A stretch of 64,000 nt of DNA, taken from Pirellulales bacterium (GTDB lineage: Bacteria > Planctomycetota > Planctomycetia > Pirellulales > UBA1268). The stretch covers positions 6,606 through 70,605 of the forward strand of contig JBJTDZ010000120.1 in assembly GCA_046092585.1 (NCBI GenBank), in the 5' to 3' direction. Position 1 is the first letter of the stretch. Each line of letters opens with the position of its first letter. Of this stretch, positions 27,109-35,635 are shown one piece after another. The translations under genes and the position numbers were made by a program. Below the pieces are notes generated by a model. It ran no database searches. It was given only the letters and a program-made list of their open reading frames with translations, and was not told the DNA's origin.

Positions 27109-27624
27109 GTGCCCCGTGCGTGCGAGCGAAGCATGTTTTCGGCCCACGATCCGTCCGACATCGAGCGGTTCTTCCGCGGCATCACCGAGTTCGCGTTCCA
27201 TGCGCGGCTGGGGGTGGTCGATCCGCCGTTGGTCGACTACGTCTCGGTGCTGCTGGTGCGGTTCCTGCGAAACGAGCCCGCCGTGGTGACGCCGGCCGGG
27301 GTGCCGGACACGGCCATGGTGAGCCGGCTCTTCGTGGAAGCCGCCGGTCAGCCGCATGCCGACGAGGCGCGCGAGGAATACCGCCACATCGGCGACATGA
27401 CGCTCTTCTGGAGCGGTCTCTATCCCGAGGCGCTGCGGCGCGAGGGTCGGCTCGACCGGCTCGCCGCCTATCGCGACACCGGGAAGCGGGCCTACCGCCT
27501 CGCGGCCACGCTCGAGCCCGCCGACGCCGCCGCGGAACGGCTGCTGCTCGTGCGACTGGCAGACGAATACGATCTCTGCGTGGACGGGCTCGCCGAGGTG
27601 CGGCGCATCTGGGGCGAGGAGTGA
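27109..27624 (+). CDS. hypothetical protein (no recognised domain)
   Basis: 171-aa ORF with coding-like GC3 bias, divergent from the antiporter gene. No motif recognised. An alternative start lies at MFSAHD (27133). Confidence 0.5.
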   Translation: MPRACERSMFSAHDPSDIERFFRGITEFAFHARLGVVDPPLVDYVSVLLVRFLRNEPAVVTPAGVPDTAMVSRLFVEAAGQPHADEAREEYRHIGDMTLFWSGLYPEALRREGRLDRLAAYRDTGKRAYRLAATLEPADAAAERLLLVRLADEYDLCVDGLAEVRRIWGEE

Positions 27625-27672
27625 TACGGAGCACGCGAGAGCCCTCGGGCTCTCGCCGGTGGTCGAGCCGCG

Positions 27673-28569
27673 TCAGCGGATGAGCTGCGCCGTCCACGGT
27701 GGATCGAAACCCGCCGACTCCACGGCGATGCCGGCCTGCTCGACCGCGACAACCACCTTGCCGAGCGACGGGCCCGCGGGGTCGAGCTCGAACGCCACGC
27801 GATCCAGCTCGTCGACCCGGCAGGGCCCGGCCACGCGGCCCACCACGGTCGCCGCCCGCTCCGCGGCGCCCCGGCAGACGAGCGAGCACCTCCATCGCCG
27901 CCCCCCGGCGAACGCCGCCGGCTCCGCGGGGCCGTGGGCCACGAGCCGCCCTTCGTCGAGCACGGCCACGTGGGTGAAGCAGTCCGGCACCGCCGCATCG
28001 TCGATGGCCGCGAGCACCGTCCGCCCCATGAGATGCAGGTCGCCGATCAGCCGTTCGATGTCGCGCCGCTCGACCGGGTCGAGGCTGCCGAGAGGGTCGT
28101 CGAGCAGCAGCACCTGCGGATCGTGGAGCACCGCCCGCGCGAGGAGCAGCCGCTTCGCCGGCCCCGCGGGCAGCGATTCGAGGTCGGCGTGCCCCGCGGA
28201 GCCGAGGCCCGCCAGCGCCAGCCCCTTGTCCACCGCGGCCGCCAGCGGCGCGCCGCGCAGCCCCGCCGCCACCCCGCAGAGTTCCAGGAATTCGTCGGCC
28301 CGCAGGCCGGGCCAGGCCGGCAGCCGGGCCGGCGCGTAGCCGATCAGCCGCCGCACCGCGTCGGCCTCGCGTCGCACCGAACGCCCCTCCACGACGATGT
28401 CGCCGGCATGCAGCGGCAGCGCGGTCGCGGCAGCGGCCAGGAGCGCCGTCTTCCCAGAGCCGCCACGGCCGATCAGGGCCACGGCCCGACCGGACGCGAC
28501 CTCGAGCGACACGGCCTCCACGACGACGCGGCCCGTCCGCTGCACCGTGGCCCGCTCGCAGCGAATCAT
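27673..28569 (-). CDS. ABC transporter ATP-binding protein (orphan, divergent signature motif)
   Basis: ATG at 28569 is in frame within listed ORF 27673..29973. Walker A GRGGSGKT, Walker B VLLLDDPLGSLD, H-loop-like AAIDD. The signature region reads LPAGPAKRLLLA rather than LSGGQ. An extra C-terminal domain of about 90 aa is present. No permease gene is adjacent. Confidence 0.8.
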   Translation of the reverse strand: MIRCERATVQRTGRVVVEAVSLEVASGRAVALIGRGGSGKTALLAAAATALPLHAGDIVVEGRSVRREADAVRRLIGYAPARLPAWPGLRADEFLELCGVAAGLRGAPLAAAVDKGLALAGLGSAGHADLESLPAGPAKRLLLARAVLHDPQVLLLDDPLGSLDPVERRDIERLIGDLHLMGRTVLAAIDDAAVPDCFTHVAVLDEGRLVAHGPAEPAAFAGGRRWRCSLVCRGAAERAATVVGRVAGPCRVDELDRVAFELDPAGPSLGKVVVAVEQAGIAVESAGFDPPWTAQLIR

Positions 28570-28583
28570 CGCCGGCCTCCCCG

Positions 28584-30134
28584 TCAGCCGCCGGCACGCT
28601 GGGCTGCGAGCCGGGCGCTGGTCATCTCGATCGAGACCAGCAGCCCCCGGGCCTTGTTGAGCGTCTCCTCGAACTCCTTCTCGGGGTCGCTGTCGGCCAC
28701 CACTCCCGCCCCCGACTGCACGTAGGCCCGGCCGCCCGCCACCACGATCGTCCGCAGCGCGATGCAGGTGTCCATCGAGCCCCCAAAGTCGACGTAGCCG
28801 ACGGCACCGGCATAGGGGCCGCGGCGCACCGGCTCCAGTTCGTCGATGATCTCCATCGCCCGGATCTTGGGGGCCCCCGACACGGTTCCGGCCGGCAGGC
28901 AGGCCCGCAGCGCGTCGAACGACGTGAGCCCCGCGGCAAGCCGGCCGGTGACGTTGCTCGTGATGTGCATCACGTGGCTGTAGCGCTCGATCACCATCAC
29001 GTCGGAGAGCGCCACCGAGCCGATGGCGGCGACCCGCCCCACGTCGTTGCGGCCGAGGTCGATGAGCATCACATGCTCGGCCCGCTCCTTCGGGTCGGCG
29101 AGCAGTTCCTCGGCGAGCGCCCGATCTTCCTCCGGCGTCGCCCCGCGACGACGGGTGCCCGCCAGCGGGCGAACCGTCACCGTGCCGTCGATGCACCGCA
29201 CCATGATCTCCGGCGAACTGCCGACGAGCGTGCACGACGGGGTGCGGAGATAGAACATGAAGGGGCTGGGATTGACCACGCGGAGCGTACGATAGAGCTC
29301 CAGCGGCGGGCCGGCGAAGGGCACCTCGAGCCGCCGGCTGAGCACCACCTGGAAGATGTCGCCCGCCCGGATGTAGTCGATCGCGCGCCGCACGGCCGCC
29401 AGGAAGGCGTCGCGGCCGAAGGCGGACCGGGCCGTGCCGTCGGTCAGGCAGGCCGGCTCGCGCCGCGGCCCGATGTCGGCCGGCGGCGGCCAATCGCCCG
29501 GGGCCGAGAGCCTGGCGATCGTGGCGTCGATCCGCTCGCAGGCCGCCGCATGCGCCCGCCCCACCGCCTCCGGCGACAGCTCGTCGATGCGGGCGAGCAC
29601 GACCACGTCGATCGCCTTCGTCACGTTGTCGAAGACCACCATGCGGTCGTAGAACGCGAACGAGAGGTCGGGCAGCCCGAGGTCGTCGGGCGGTGCGTCG
29701 GGCAGCCGTTCGACGTAGCGGACGGCGTCGTAGGCGGCGTAGCCCACCGCCCCGCTGGTGAACGGCGGCAGCTCGGCCAGATGCGCCGGACGGTAGGCGG
29801 CCATCCGCCGCTCCAGTTCGGCGAGGGGATCGTCGGATTGGATCCGCTCTTCGCCCTTGTCGGAGGCGATCACCACGTCGCGGCCGCGGGCCTCCAGCCG
29901 CAGAAACGGGTCGGCCGCGAGGAAGCTGTACCGGCCCACCTTCTCGCCGCCCACCACGCTCTCGAATAGGCACGCGGCATCGCCGGCATCGAGCCGGGCG
30001 AAGGCCGACAGCGGCGTCAGCCCGTCGGCGAACAGCCGGCGATAGACCGGCACGAGCCGGCAGCCGCCCGCTGCCGGTGCCGGGAGCGACGCGGCGATCT
30101 CCCCGAAACGGGTCCTGTCAGGGATATGGGGCAT
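28584..30134 (-). CDS. trpE: anthranilate synthase component I
   Basis: ATG at 30134 is in frame within listed ORF 28584..30914; product 516 aa. LFESVVGGEKVGRYSF, SPEIMVR, LIDLGRNDVGRV, PAGTVSGAPKIRAMEII, GAVGYVDFGGSMDTCIALRT. Confidence 0.93.
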   Translation of the reverse strand: MPHIPDRTRFGEIAASLPAPAAGGCRLVPVYRRLFADGLTPLSAFARLDAGDAACLFESVVGGEKVGRYSFLAADPFLRLEARGRDVVIASDKGEERIQSDDPLAELERRMAAYRPAHLAELPPFTSGAVGYAAYDAVRYVERLPDAPPDDLGLPDLSFAFYDRMVVFDNVTKAIDVVVLARIDELSPEAVGRAHAAACERIDATIARLSAPGDWPPPADIGPRREPACLTDGTARSAFGRDAFLAAVRRAIDYIRAGDIFQVVLSRRLEVPFAGPPLELYRTLRVVNPSPFMFYLRTPSCTLVGSSPEIMVRCIDGTVTVRPLAGTRRRGATPEEDRALAEELLADPKERAEHVMLIDLGRNDVGRVAAIGSVALSDVMVIERYSHVMHITSNVTGRLAAGLTSFDALRACLPAGTVSGAPKIRAMEIIDELEPVRRGPYAGAVGYVDFGGSMDTCIALRTIVVAGGRAYVQSGAGVVADSDPEKEFEETLNKARGLLVSIEMTSARLAAQRAGG

Positions 30135-30281
30135 GAAGCGACGGCCGCGCGAGGCTGCGAACAACGACTTCGCCAGAGCGTACCCCCGGCCCGGAGGCCC
30201 AACAACACGCCCCGCTGCCGACCGAGGGCGACCCATCCGGCGAGAGCCGCTATCATTGGCATGGAGGAACAGGAGCGGTCC

Positions 30282-30857
30282 ATGAAGTGTCAGCAGTGCG
30301 ACAAGCAGGCGGTTTTCCACATCACCGAACTCGAGACGGGCGACGTCCGCGAACTGCACCTCTGCGAGGATCATGCCCGGGCCTATCTCAACCAGTCGGA
30401 GGCGGCCGCCGAGGACGAGGACGAGGAGAAGCCGGCGGGAGGCCTCACCGGCCCGCTCACCGTCGCCCAGACGGCCGACGAGCTGGCGCTGCTCGACAAA
30501 AAGGCCTGCCCGATGTGCGGGATCACGTTCTTCGAGTTTCGCAACCAGGGCCGGCTCGGCTGCCCGCACGACTACGTGCACTTCGACAAGGAACTGGAGC
30601 CCCTGATCGCCAACATCCACGGCGCCACGCAGCACACCGGCATCCGACCCGTTCGGCCCGCCGGCGGATCGCTCCCGGAGGACACCGACGAACTGACCGG
30701 CGTGATCGGCCTGCGGCGGAGCATGCAGGAGGCGATTGCCTGCGAGGATTACGAGAGGGCCCGCGAGGACCGCGACGCCATCCGCGCCGTCGAGGATCGC
30801 TGGCTCGGGCCGCAGCGGCCCGACGCAACGCCCCGAAAGGGTGATCATGAAACTTGA
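30282..30857 (+). CDS. mcsA: McsA-like protein (two zinc-finger-like Cys/His clusters + UVR motif), activator of protein arginine kinase
   Basis: AGGAG lies 6 nt before the ATG at 30282, which is in frame within listed ORF 30126..30857. MKCQQCDKQAV...HLCEDH and CPMCGITF...GCPHDY clusters. C-terminal UVR-like LRRSMQEAIACEDYERAREDRDAIRAVE. It overlaps mcsB by 11 nt. Confidence 0.75.
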   Translation: MKCQQCDKQAVFHITELETGDVRELHLCEDHARAYLNQSEAAAEDEDEEKPAGGLTGPLTVAQTADELALLDKKACPMCGITFFEFRNQGRLGCPHDYVHFDKELEPLIANIHGATQHTGIRPVRPAGGSLPEDTDELTGVIGLRRSMQEAIACEDYERAREDRDAIRAVEDRWLGPQRPDATPRKGDHET

Positions 30858-31911
30858 CGCGCTCGCCGACGCCGTCGGCGAATGGCTCCGCGGCACCGGC
30901 CCGGAGTCCGACATCGTGATGAGCAGCCGCGTCCGCCTCGCGCGAAACGTGGCCCACTACCCGTTCGTGAGCCGCCTCTCCGAGCAGGATCGGACCGACG
31001 TCGAGCGGTTTCTCCGCGAGCGGATCGCGGCCGTTCCGCTCGGCCGCGGGCTGGAATACATCGACGTGGGCAGGCTGGAGGAGATCGATCGGCAGTTCCT
31101 CGTCGAACGCCAACTGATCAGCCGCGAGCATGCCGAGGCCCAGGGGGCCCGCGGCGTGGCCATCGACGGACTCGAGCAGGTGAGCCTCATGATCAACGAG
31201 GAGGACCACCTCCGCATCCAGTGCATGCACAGCGGTCTCGACCTCCGCGGCGTCTGGCAGCAGATCCGGGCCGTCGATGAGGACGTGGGGCGGGTCGTGC
31301 CCTACGCCTTCCATCCTCGGTGGGGTCATCTCACCGCCTGCCCCACGAATGTCGGCACCGGCATCCGTGTGAGCGTGATGCTGCACCTGCCGGCGCTGGT
31401 GATCACCCGCCAGATCGACAAGGTATTCCGCAGCCTGCACAAGATCTCGCTCGCGGTCCGCGGGCTGTATGGCGAGGGCTCGCAGGCGATGGGCGACTTC
31501 TACCAGATCTCCAACCAGACCACCCTCGGCAAGACCGAGGAGGAACTGGTGGAGCAGGTGGGCGACGTGGTGCCGGTGCTGATCGACTACGAGCGCCGGG
31601 CCCGCGAGTTCCTCGTTCGCGAGACGCAGCAAAACGTGCACGACCAGGTGAGCCGGGCCTACGGCATCCTCCGCACCGCGCAGACGATCACCGCCGAGGA
31701 GACGATGCAGCTCCTCTCGCGGGTGCGAATGGGGGTGCTGCTCGGGCTGATCGGCGACGTGAAGATCGCCGACATCAACTCGCTGCTCGTCCGCACGCAG
31801 CCGGCCCACCTGCAGAAGATGCGGGGCATCGAGCTCGACACGAAGGATCGCAACATCGAGCGAGCCCGCTACCTTCGCCGCCACTTCGAAGGCGGCTCAC
31901 CCCGCAACTGA
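30847..31911 (+). CDS. mcsB: protein arginine kinase (ATP:guanido phosphotransferase family)
   Basis: ATG at 30847 lies within listed ORF 30736..31911; product 354 aa. SSRVRLARN, EEDHLRIQ, and the guanido-kinase active-site motif CPTNVGTGIRVSVMLHLPAL. Confidence 0.88.
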   Translation: MKLDALADAVGEWLRGTGPESDIVMSSRVRLARNVAHYPFVSRLSEQDRTDVERFLRERIAAVPLGRGLEYIDVGRLEEIDRQFLVERQLISREHAEAQGARGVAIDGLEQVSLMINEEDHLRIQCMHSGLDLRGVWQQIRAVDEDVGRVVPYAFHPRWGHLTACPTNVGTGIRVSVMLHLPALVITRQIDKVFRSLHKISLAVRGLYGEGSQAMGDFYQISNQTTLGKTEEELVEQVGDVVPVLIDYERRAREFLVRETQQNVHDQVSRAYGILRTAQTITAEETMQLLSRVRMGVLLGLIGDVKIADINSLLVRTQPAHLQKMRGIELDTKDRNIERARYLRRHFEGGSPRN

Positions 31912-31956
31912 CGCCCGACCTGAGCGAGCGATCACGCCAGCTCAACTGGTGACGCG

Positions 31957-32096
31957 GGCTCGGGGCTGCCCATGCCCTCTCGCTGGACGTTCGCCTCGGC
32001 CTTCCGGGCCGAGGCTCTCTGCACGTGCGCTGCGCTTCGGCATCCTGCCTGCGCTTGCTTCCGTAGCCCGCTCGAAGGCACGGGCAGCCCCGAGCC
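31957..32096. repeat. R1 palindromic intergenic element, diverged copy
   Basis: Terminal inverted repeat GGCTCGGGGCTGCCCATGCC (31957-31976) / GGCACGGGCAGCCCCGAGCC (32077-32096) with one mismatch. The core keeps GGACGTTCGC...GCTGCGCTTCGGCATCCTGCC. The central hairpin is replaced by GCCTCGGCC-ttccg-GGCCGAGGC. Confidence 0.75.
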
Positions 32097-32173
32097 ACAG
32101 TCAATCGCGGGGAAAGTCGCTGTGCCCGAGGCCTCATGGCTATCGGTTCCTGCCGTGGACTCGCAGGAGGTCT

Positions 32174-32310
32174 GCGAGGGGCTGCCCATGCCCGAGAGCC
32201 GGCGTTGCTGACCAGCGAAGGCAGGATTCCGAAGCGAAGTCAGCAACGAGTGATCGAAGCCCAGGATGGGCGCACCGAACGTCCGGCGACGGGCGTGGGC
32301 AGCCCCTCGC
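32174..32310. repeat. R1 palindromic intergenic element, copy in opposite orientation to 31957 copy
   Basis: GCGAGGGGCTGCCCATGCCC (32174-32193) / GGGCGTGGGCAGCCCCTCGC (32291-32310), one mismatch. The core reverse complement reads GGACGTTCGGTGCGCCCATCCTGGGCTTCGATCACTCG...TTCGCTTCGGAATCCTGCC. Confidence 0.8.
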
Positions 32311-32328
32311 CTGCGGGCGTGAGAGGCG

Positions 32329-32829
32329 TCAGCCCGTGGCGAGCTTGGCCCGCAGGGCGGCCACCACGGGTGGCGGCACGAACCGCAGCAGGGCCTCGTC
32401 GTCGGCCAGCGGCGTGATCTGCTTGAGCAGCGACGACGAGATGTGCGAGTAGGCGGCGTCGGCCATCAGGAACACCGTCTCGACCGCAGGGTCGAGCTTG
32501 CGGTTGGCGAGGGTCATCGTGAACTCCGCCTCGATGTCGGTCAGCGACCGCACGCCCCGGAGCAGCACGTGGGCCCCCTGCTGGCGAACGAACGCCACCG
32601 ACAGCCCGCTGAACAGTTCCACCCGCACGTTGCCGAAGCCGGCCACCGCCGACTTCACCAGGTCGACCCGCTCGGAGAGCGTGAAGAGCGGCTGCTTGTC
32701 GGGATTGATGCCCACGCCGACCACGATCGTCTCGAAGATCCGGCTCGCCCTGCCGATCACGTCGAGGTGCCCGAGCGTGATCGGGTCGAACGAGCCGGTA
32801 TAGACGGCGGTGCTGCGGGCGGATGGCAT
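32329..32829 (-). CDS. coaD: phosphopantetheine adenylyltransferase
   Basis: AVYTGSFDPITLGHLDVI (T/HxGH nucleotidyltransferase motif), ISSSLLKQI near the C-terminus, about 166 aa. The ATG at 32829 was chosen within listed ORF 32329..32865. Confidence 0.9.
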   Translation of the reverse strand: MPSARSTAVYTGSFDPITLGHLDVIGRASRIFETIVVGVGINPDKQPLFTLSERVDLVKSAVAGFGNVRVELFSGLSVAFVRQQGAHVLLRGVRSLTDIEAEFTMTLANRKLDPAVETVFLMADAAYSHISSSLLKQITPLADDEALLRFVPPPVVAALRAKLATG

Positions 32830-32909
32830 CGGCGACGGTTCCATGATCACGGCTGGAAGGATCACGGCTGGAGGCCGCGGCGAGGGTATGGTATGGAATA
32901 GCCGCCGCG

Positions 32910-33131
32910 GTGGGAACCGGCGGCCAGCCTGGGAGAACTCCCCGCGTGTCGAACGTCCTGTCGCTCTCCGGCCTGATTCTCTGCGGCGTGGTGGTGATCC
33001 TCTTCGTCGCCGACCTGGCCGCGGGCTTCCCCTTCCAGCGGGCCAGTGTCCCGGCCGACATCGGCTTCATCCTCACGGGCCTGCTCGTCGGCTACCTGAG
33101 CTGGTCGATCAATCCGCGGGCCCGCGGCTGA
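32910..33131 (+). CDS. small two-helix membrane protein (hypothetical)
   Basis: 73-aa ORF with two hydrophobic segments (VLSLSGLILCGVVVILFVADLAAGF, IGFILTGLLVGYLSW). No homology recognised; the start is uncertain. Confidence 0.35.
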   Translation: MGTGGQPGRTPRVSNVLSLSGLILCGVVVILFVADLAAGFPFQRASVPADIGFILTGLLVGYLSWSINPRARG

Positions 33132-33144
33132 TCGACCACCACGA

Positions 33145-33861
33145 TCAGGCGGCGCGGAGCACGGATCCGGAGAGCGGCGGCCTCACCCCGCCGGTGATGA
33201 CGAACGGCAGCGTGGCGAGCCCCGTCACCTGCACGTTGCCGCGGGAGGCCCGGTGCCCGGCCCATTCGATCCAGCGGCCAAGCCGCGGCGTGAGAAAGCC
33301 CGTGCCCCGCGACGCAGCCGTCACGCCATCGGTGCGGAGCACGTGCAGGCTTCCGGGACGCGTGCTCGGCATGCCGCCGAGCCCCAGCCAGCCCACGATC
33401 CCGCCGGCGCGATGAGGCCGATGGAGCACCTCCCAGAGCCCCCACACCGGGTTGCGGCAGGGCCAGCCCTTCGGCGCCGGCCGCCGGCTGCCGCGGCCGT
33501 CGTCCTCGAAGGCGTCGACGAGCGCGACGCCGATGCCATGCTCCACGAGCAGGCCCCGGTGCTCGTGCGGCGTCGGCCCGCGAAGCACGACCGCCGCCAC
33601 GTCGGGCGCCTCGTCGCGGCCGCGGCGCAGGAGGTCGCGAAGCTTGGCCCGTGAACCACAGGCCGCGGGGGGAATGTCGAGCGCGACCTCGTCAGCCACA
33701 CCCGCCTGCGCGATGGACGCGGCAACGCTGCCGACCGCGTCGATCCCGGCCAGCCAGGTCACGGGCACCCGGCGATTCGAGCCGAGCCAGGCGGTCGAAT
33801 CGACCGGCCGTTGCACCGTTCCGCAGATCACGAGCGTCGCCGACCGCCTCACCGCGTTCAT
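33145..33861 (-). CDS. hypothetical protein
   Basis: ATG at 33861 is in frame within listed ORF 33145..34320; product 238 aa. Its composition is less Arg-rich and junk-like than the competing frames. No motif recognised. Confidence 0.45.
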   Translation of the reverse strand: MNAVRRSATLVICGTVQRPVDSTAWLGSNRRVPVTWLAGIDAVGSVAASIAQAGVADEVALDIPPAACGSRAKLRDLLRRGRDEAPDVAAVVLRGPTPHEHRGLLVEHGIGVALVDAFEDDGRGSRRPAPKGWPCRNPVWGLWEVLHRPHRAGGIVGWLGLGGMPSTRPGSLHVLRTDGVTAASRGTGFLTPRLGRWIEWAGHRASRGNVQVTGLATLPFVITGGVRPPLSGSVLRAA

Positions 33862-33967
33862 GCACTCCCCTCCCGCGATCGCCCCGGCCCCCGGGAGGGT
33901 GCCCAGCGGAACGCCGCCCGGTCTATCGTCGCCTGATCGGCCGCGGCTCCACCGCCGACGGGCGGAG

Positions 33968-35533
33968 TCAGTCGCGGCGCGACGGGGGAATATCCGACGG
34001 CTCCGGCGACCCTGCGGGCGGGCGAAGGTCTGCCGCATGTTCGGCCTCCCACTGCAGGATGGCCGCCACCAGGCCCTCGGCGGTCGCCTCGGCCGCCTCC
34101 ACCGTCGCGGAGCATCCCGCCCGGCCGAGGGCGGCCGACGTGACCGGGCTGATGGTCGCGATCTTCCAGTGCCGCAGCCGTCCGCCGAAGAGGTTGACCG
34201 CCGCCTCGGCGATCGACGGGCTCGTGAGCGTGATCCAATCGACCGCGGCACGGTCGACGAGGGCGACGGCCGCCGGCTCCAGCCGCTCCAGCGGCCGGCT
34301 CTCGTACGCCACGACCTCATCGACGTGGTGCCCGGCCGCTTCGAGCTCGCGGCGGAGCACGTCGCGGCCTTTGTCGGCGCGGATCAGCAGGAACCGGCCG
34401 CGCCGCGGCTCGCCCACGAGCGCGGCCGAGAGCCCCTCGGAGCAGAACTCGGCGGGCACCAGGTCGCAGTGCAGGCCTCCCTGCTCCAGCTCACGCCGCG
34501 TCGCCGGACCGATCGCGGCGAGTCGGGCGGTGCCGAGCGCACGGCCGTCGAGGCCCCTGGCCCGCAGCCTGCCGAGAAAGCCGCGCACGCCGTTGCCGCT
34601 CGCGAACACGATCCAATCATAGGTGCCCGCGCGGTCGAGGGCCTCGTCGAGCGGCTGCCAGGTGGCCGGCTCCGCGATCCGGATCACCGGCACATGGACG
34701 CAGCTCCCGCCGGCCGACTGCACGGCCGCGATCATCTCCGCCTCCTGGCCGGCCGGCCGCGTCACGAGCACGGTACGACCGGCAAGCGGGCCCATGGGCA
34801 TGGCGGCCGCAGGGCCGATCACGACGACGGCCGGAGACTGCCAGCCCTGCCGGGCGGCATCGGCGGCACACGCGGCGAGCGTGCTCGTGGCGACCCGCTG
34901 CTCGGGCCATGAGCAGCGGCTCACGACCGTCACCGTCGTCTCGCCGGAACGGCCGGCCCGGATCAGCTCCTCGGACCATTTCGACATCTGTTCCACGCCC
35001 ATGTAGACGACGAGCGTGCCGGGCAGCGCGGCGAGCTGCGCGTAGTCGACCGAGTCGGCCTTGTCGTCGGCCTCGCGACCCGTGACGATCGTGAGGCTCG
35101 AAGCCCCAACGCGGCTCGTCAACGGGAGCACCGCGGTGGCCGCCGCTGCCAGGGCCGCAGTCACCCCCGGCACGCACTCCACGCGAATGCCGGCCTGGCG
35201 GAGCGGTTCGAGCTCCTCAGCGAGTCGGGCGAAGACCGCCGGATCGCCCCCCTTGAGCCGCACCACCGTCCGCCCCTCCATGGCCAGCCGCGCGAGCAGC
35301 CTGCCGGTGGCGGTGCCCGGGTCGGGCCGGCTCGCCTCCTCCCGGGCGACCGGAATCCGTTCGGCCACCGGGTTGATGTCGTCGAGCAGTCGCATCGGCA
35401 CGAGCGCGTCGTGCACGATCACGTCGGCCGACCGCAGCCGCTCCACGGCCCGCAGCGTGAGCAGGTCGGTGGCTCCGGGGCCCGCGCCGACGAACGAGAC
35501 GACTCCGGCCGCTGGCTTCGGGGTGGACTGCAT
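33968..35533 (-). CDS. cobA: bifunctional uroporphyrinogen-III C-methyltransferase / uroporphyrinogen-III synthase (CobA-HemD fusion)
   Basis: The N-terminal half is SUMT-like (VSFVGAGPGATDLLTLRAVERLRSADVIVHD, VVRLKGGDPAVF, VPGVTAA). The C-terminal half is HemD-like (RTVLVTRPAGQ...WIVFASGNGVRGF...WITLTSPS). Confidence 0.88.
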   Translation of the reverse strand: MQSTPKPAAGVVSFVGAGPGATDLLTLRAVERLRSADVIVHDALVPMRLLDDINPVAERIPVAREEASRPDPGTATGRLLARLAMEGRTVVRLKGGDPAVFARLAEELEPLRQAGIRVECVPGVTAALAAAATAVLPLTSRVGASSLTIVTGREADDKADSVDYAQLAALPGTLVVYMGVEQMSKWSEELIRAGRSGETTVTVVSRCSWPEQRVATSTLAACAADAARQGWQSPAVVVIGPAAAMPMGPLAGRTVLVTRPAGQEAEMIAAVQSAGGSCVHVPVIRIAEPATWQPLDEALDRAGTYDWIVFASGNGVRGFLGRLRARGLDGRALGTARLAAIGPATRRELEQGGLHCDLVPAEFCSEGLSAALVGEPRRGRFLLIRADKGRDVLRRELEAAGHHVDEVVAYESRPLERLEPAAVALVDRAAVDWITLTSPSIAEAAVNLFGGRLRHWKIATISPVTSAALGRAGCSATVEAAEATAEGLVAAILQWEAEHAADLRPPAGSPEPSDIPPSRRD

Positions 35534-35635
35534 GGCGAACTGGTCTGGCTCGGGGCGACGAACGGCCGGTGTTTGTGGAGCCTGACGACGCCACTACACT
35601 CGGGAAGCCGAACGCACCCCCAATCGTCGTCCACC

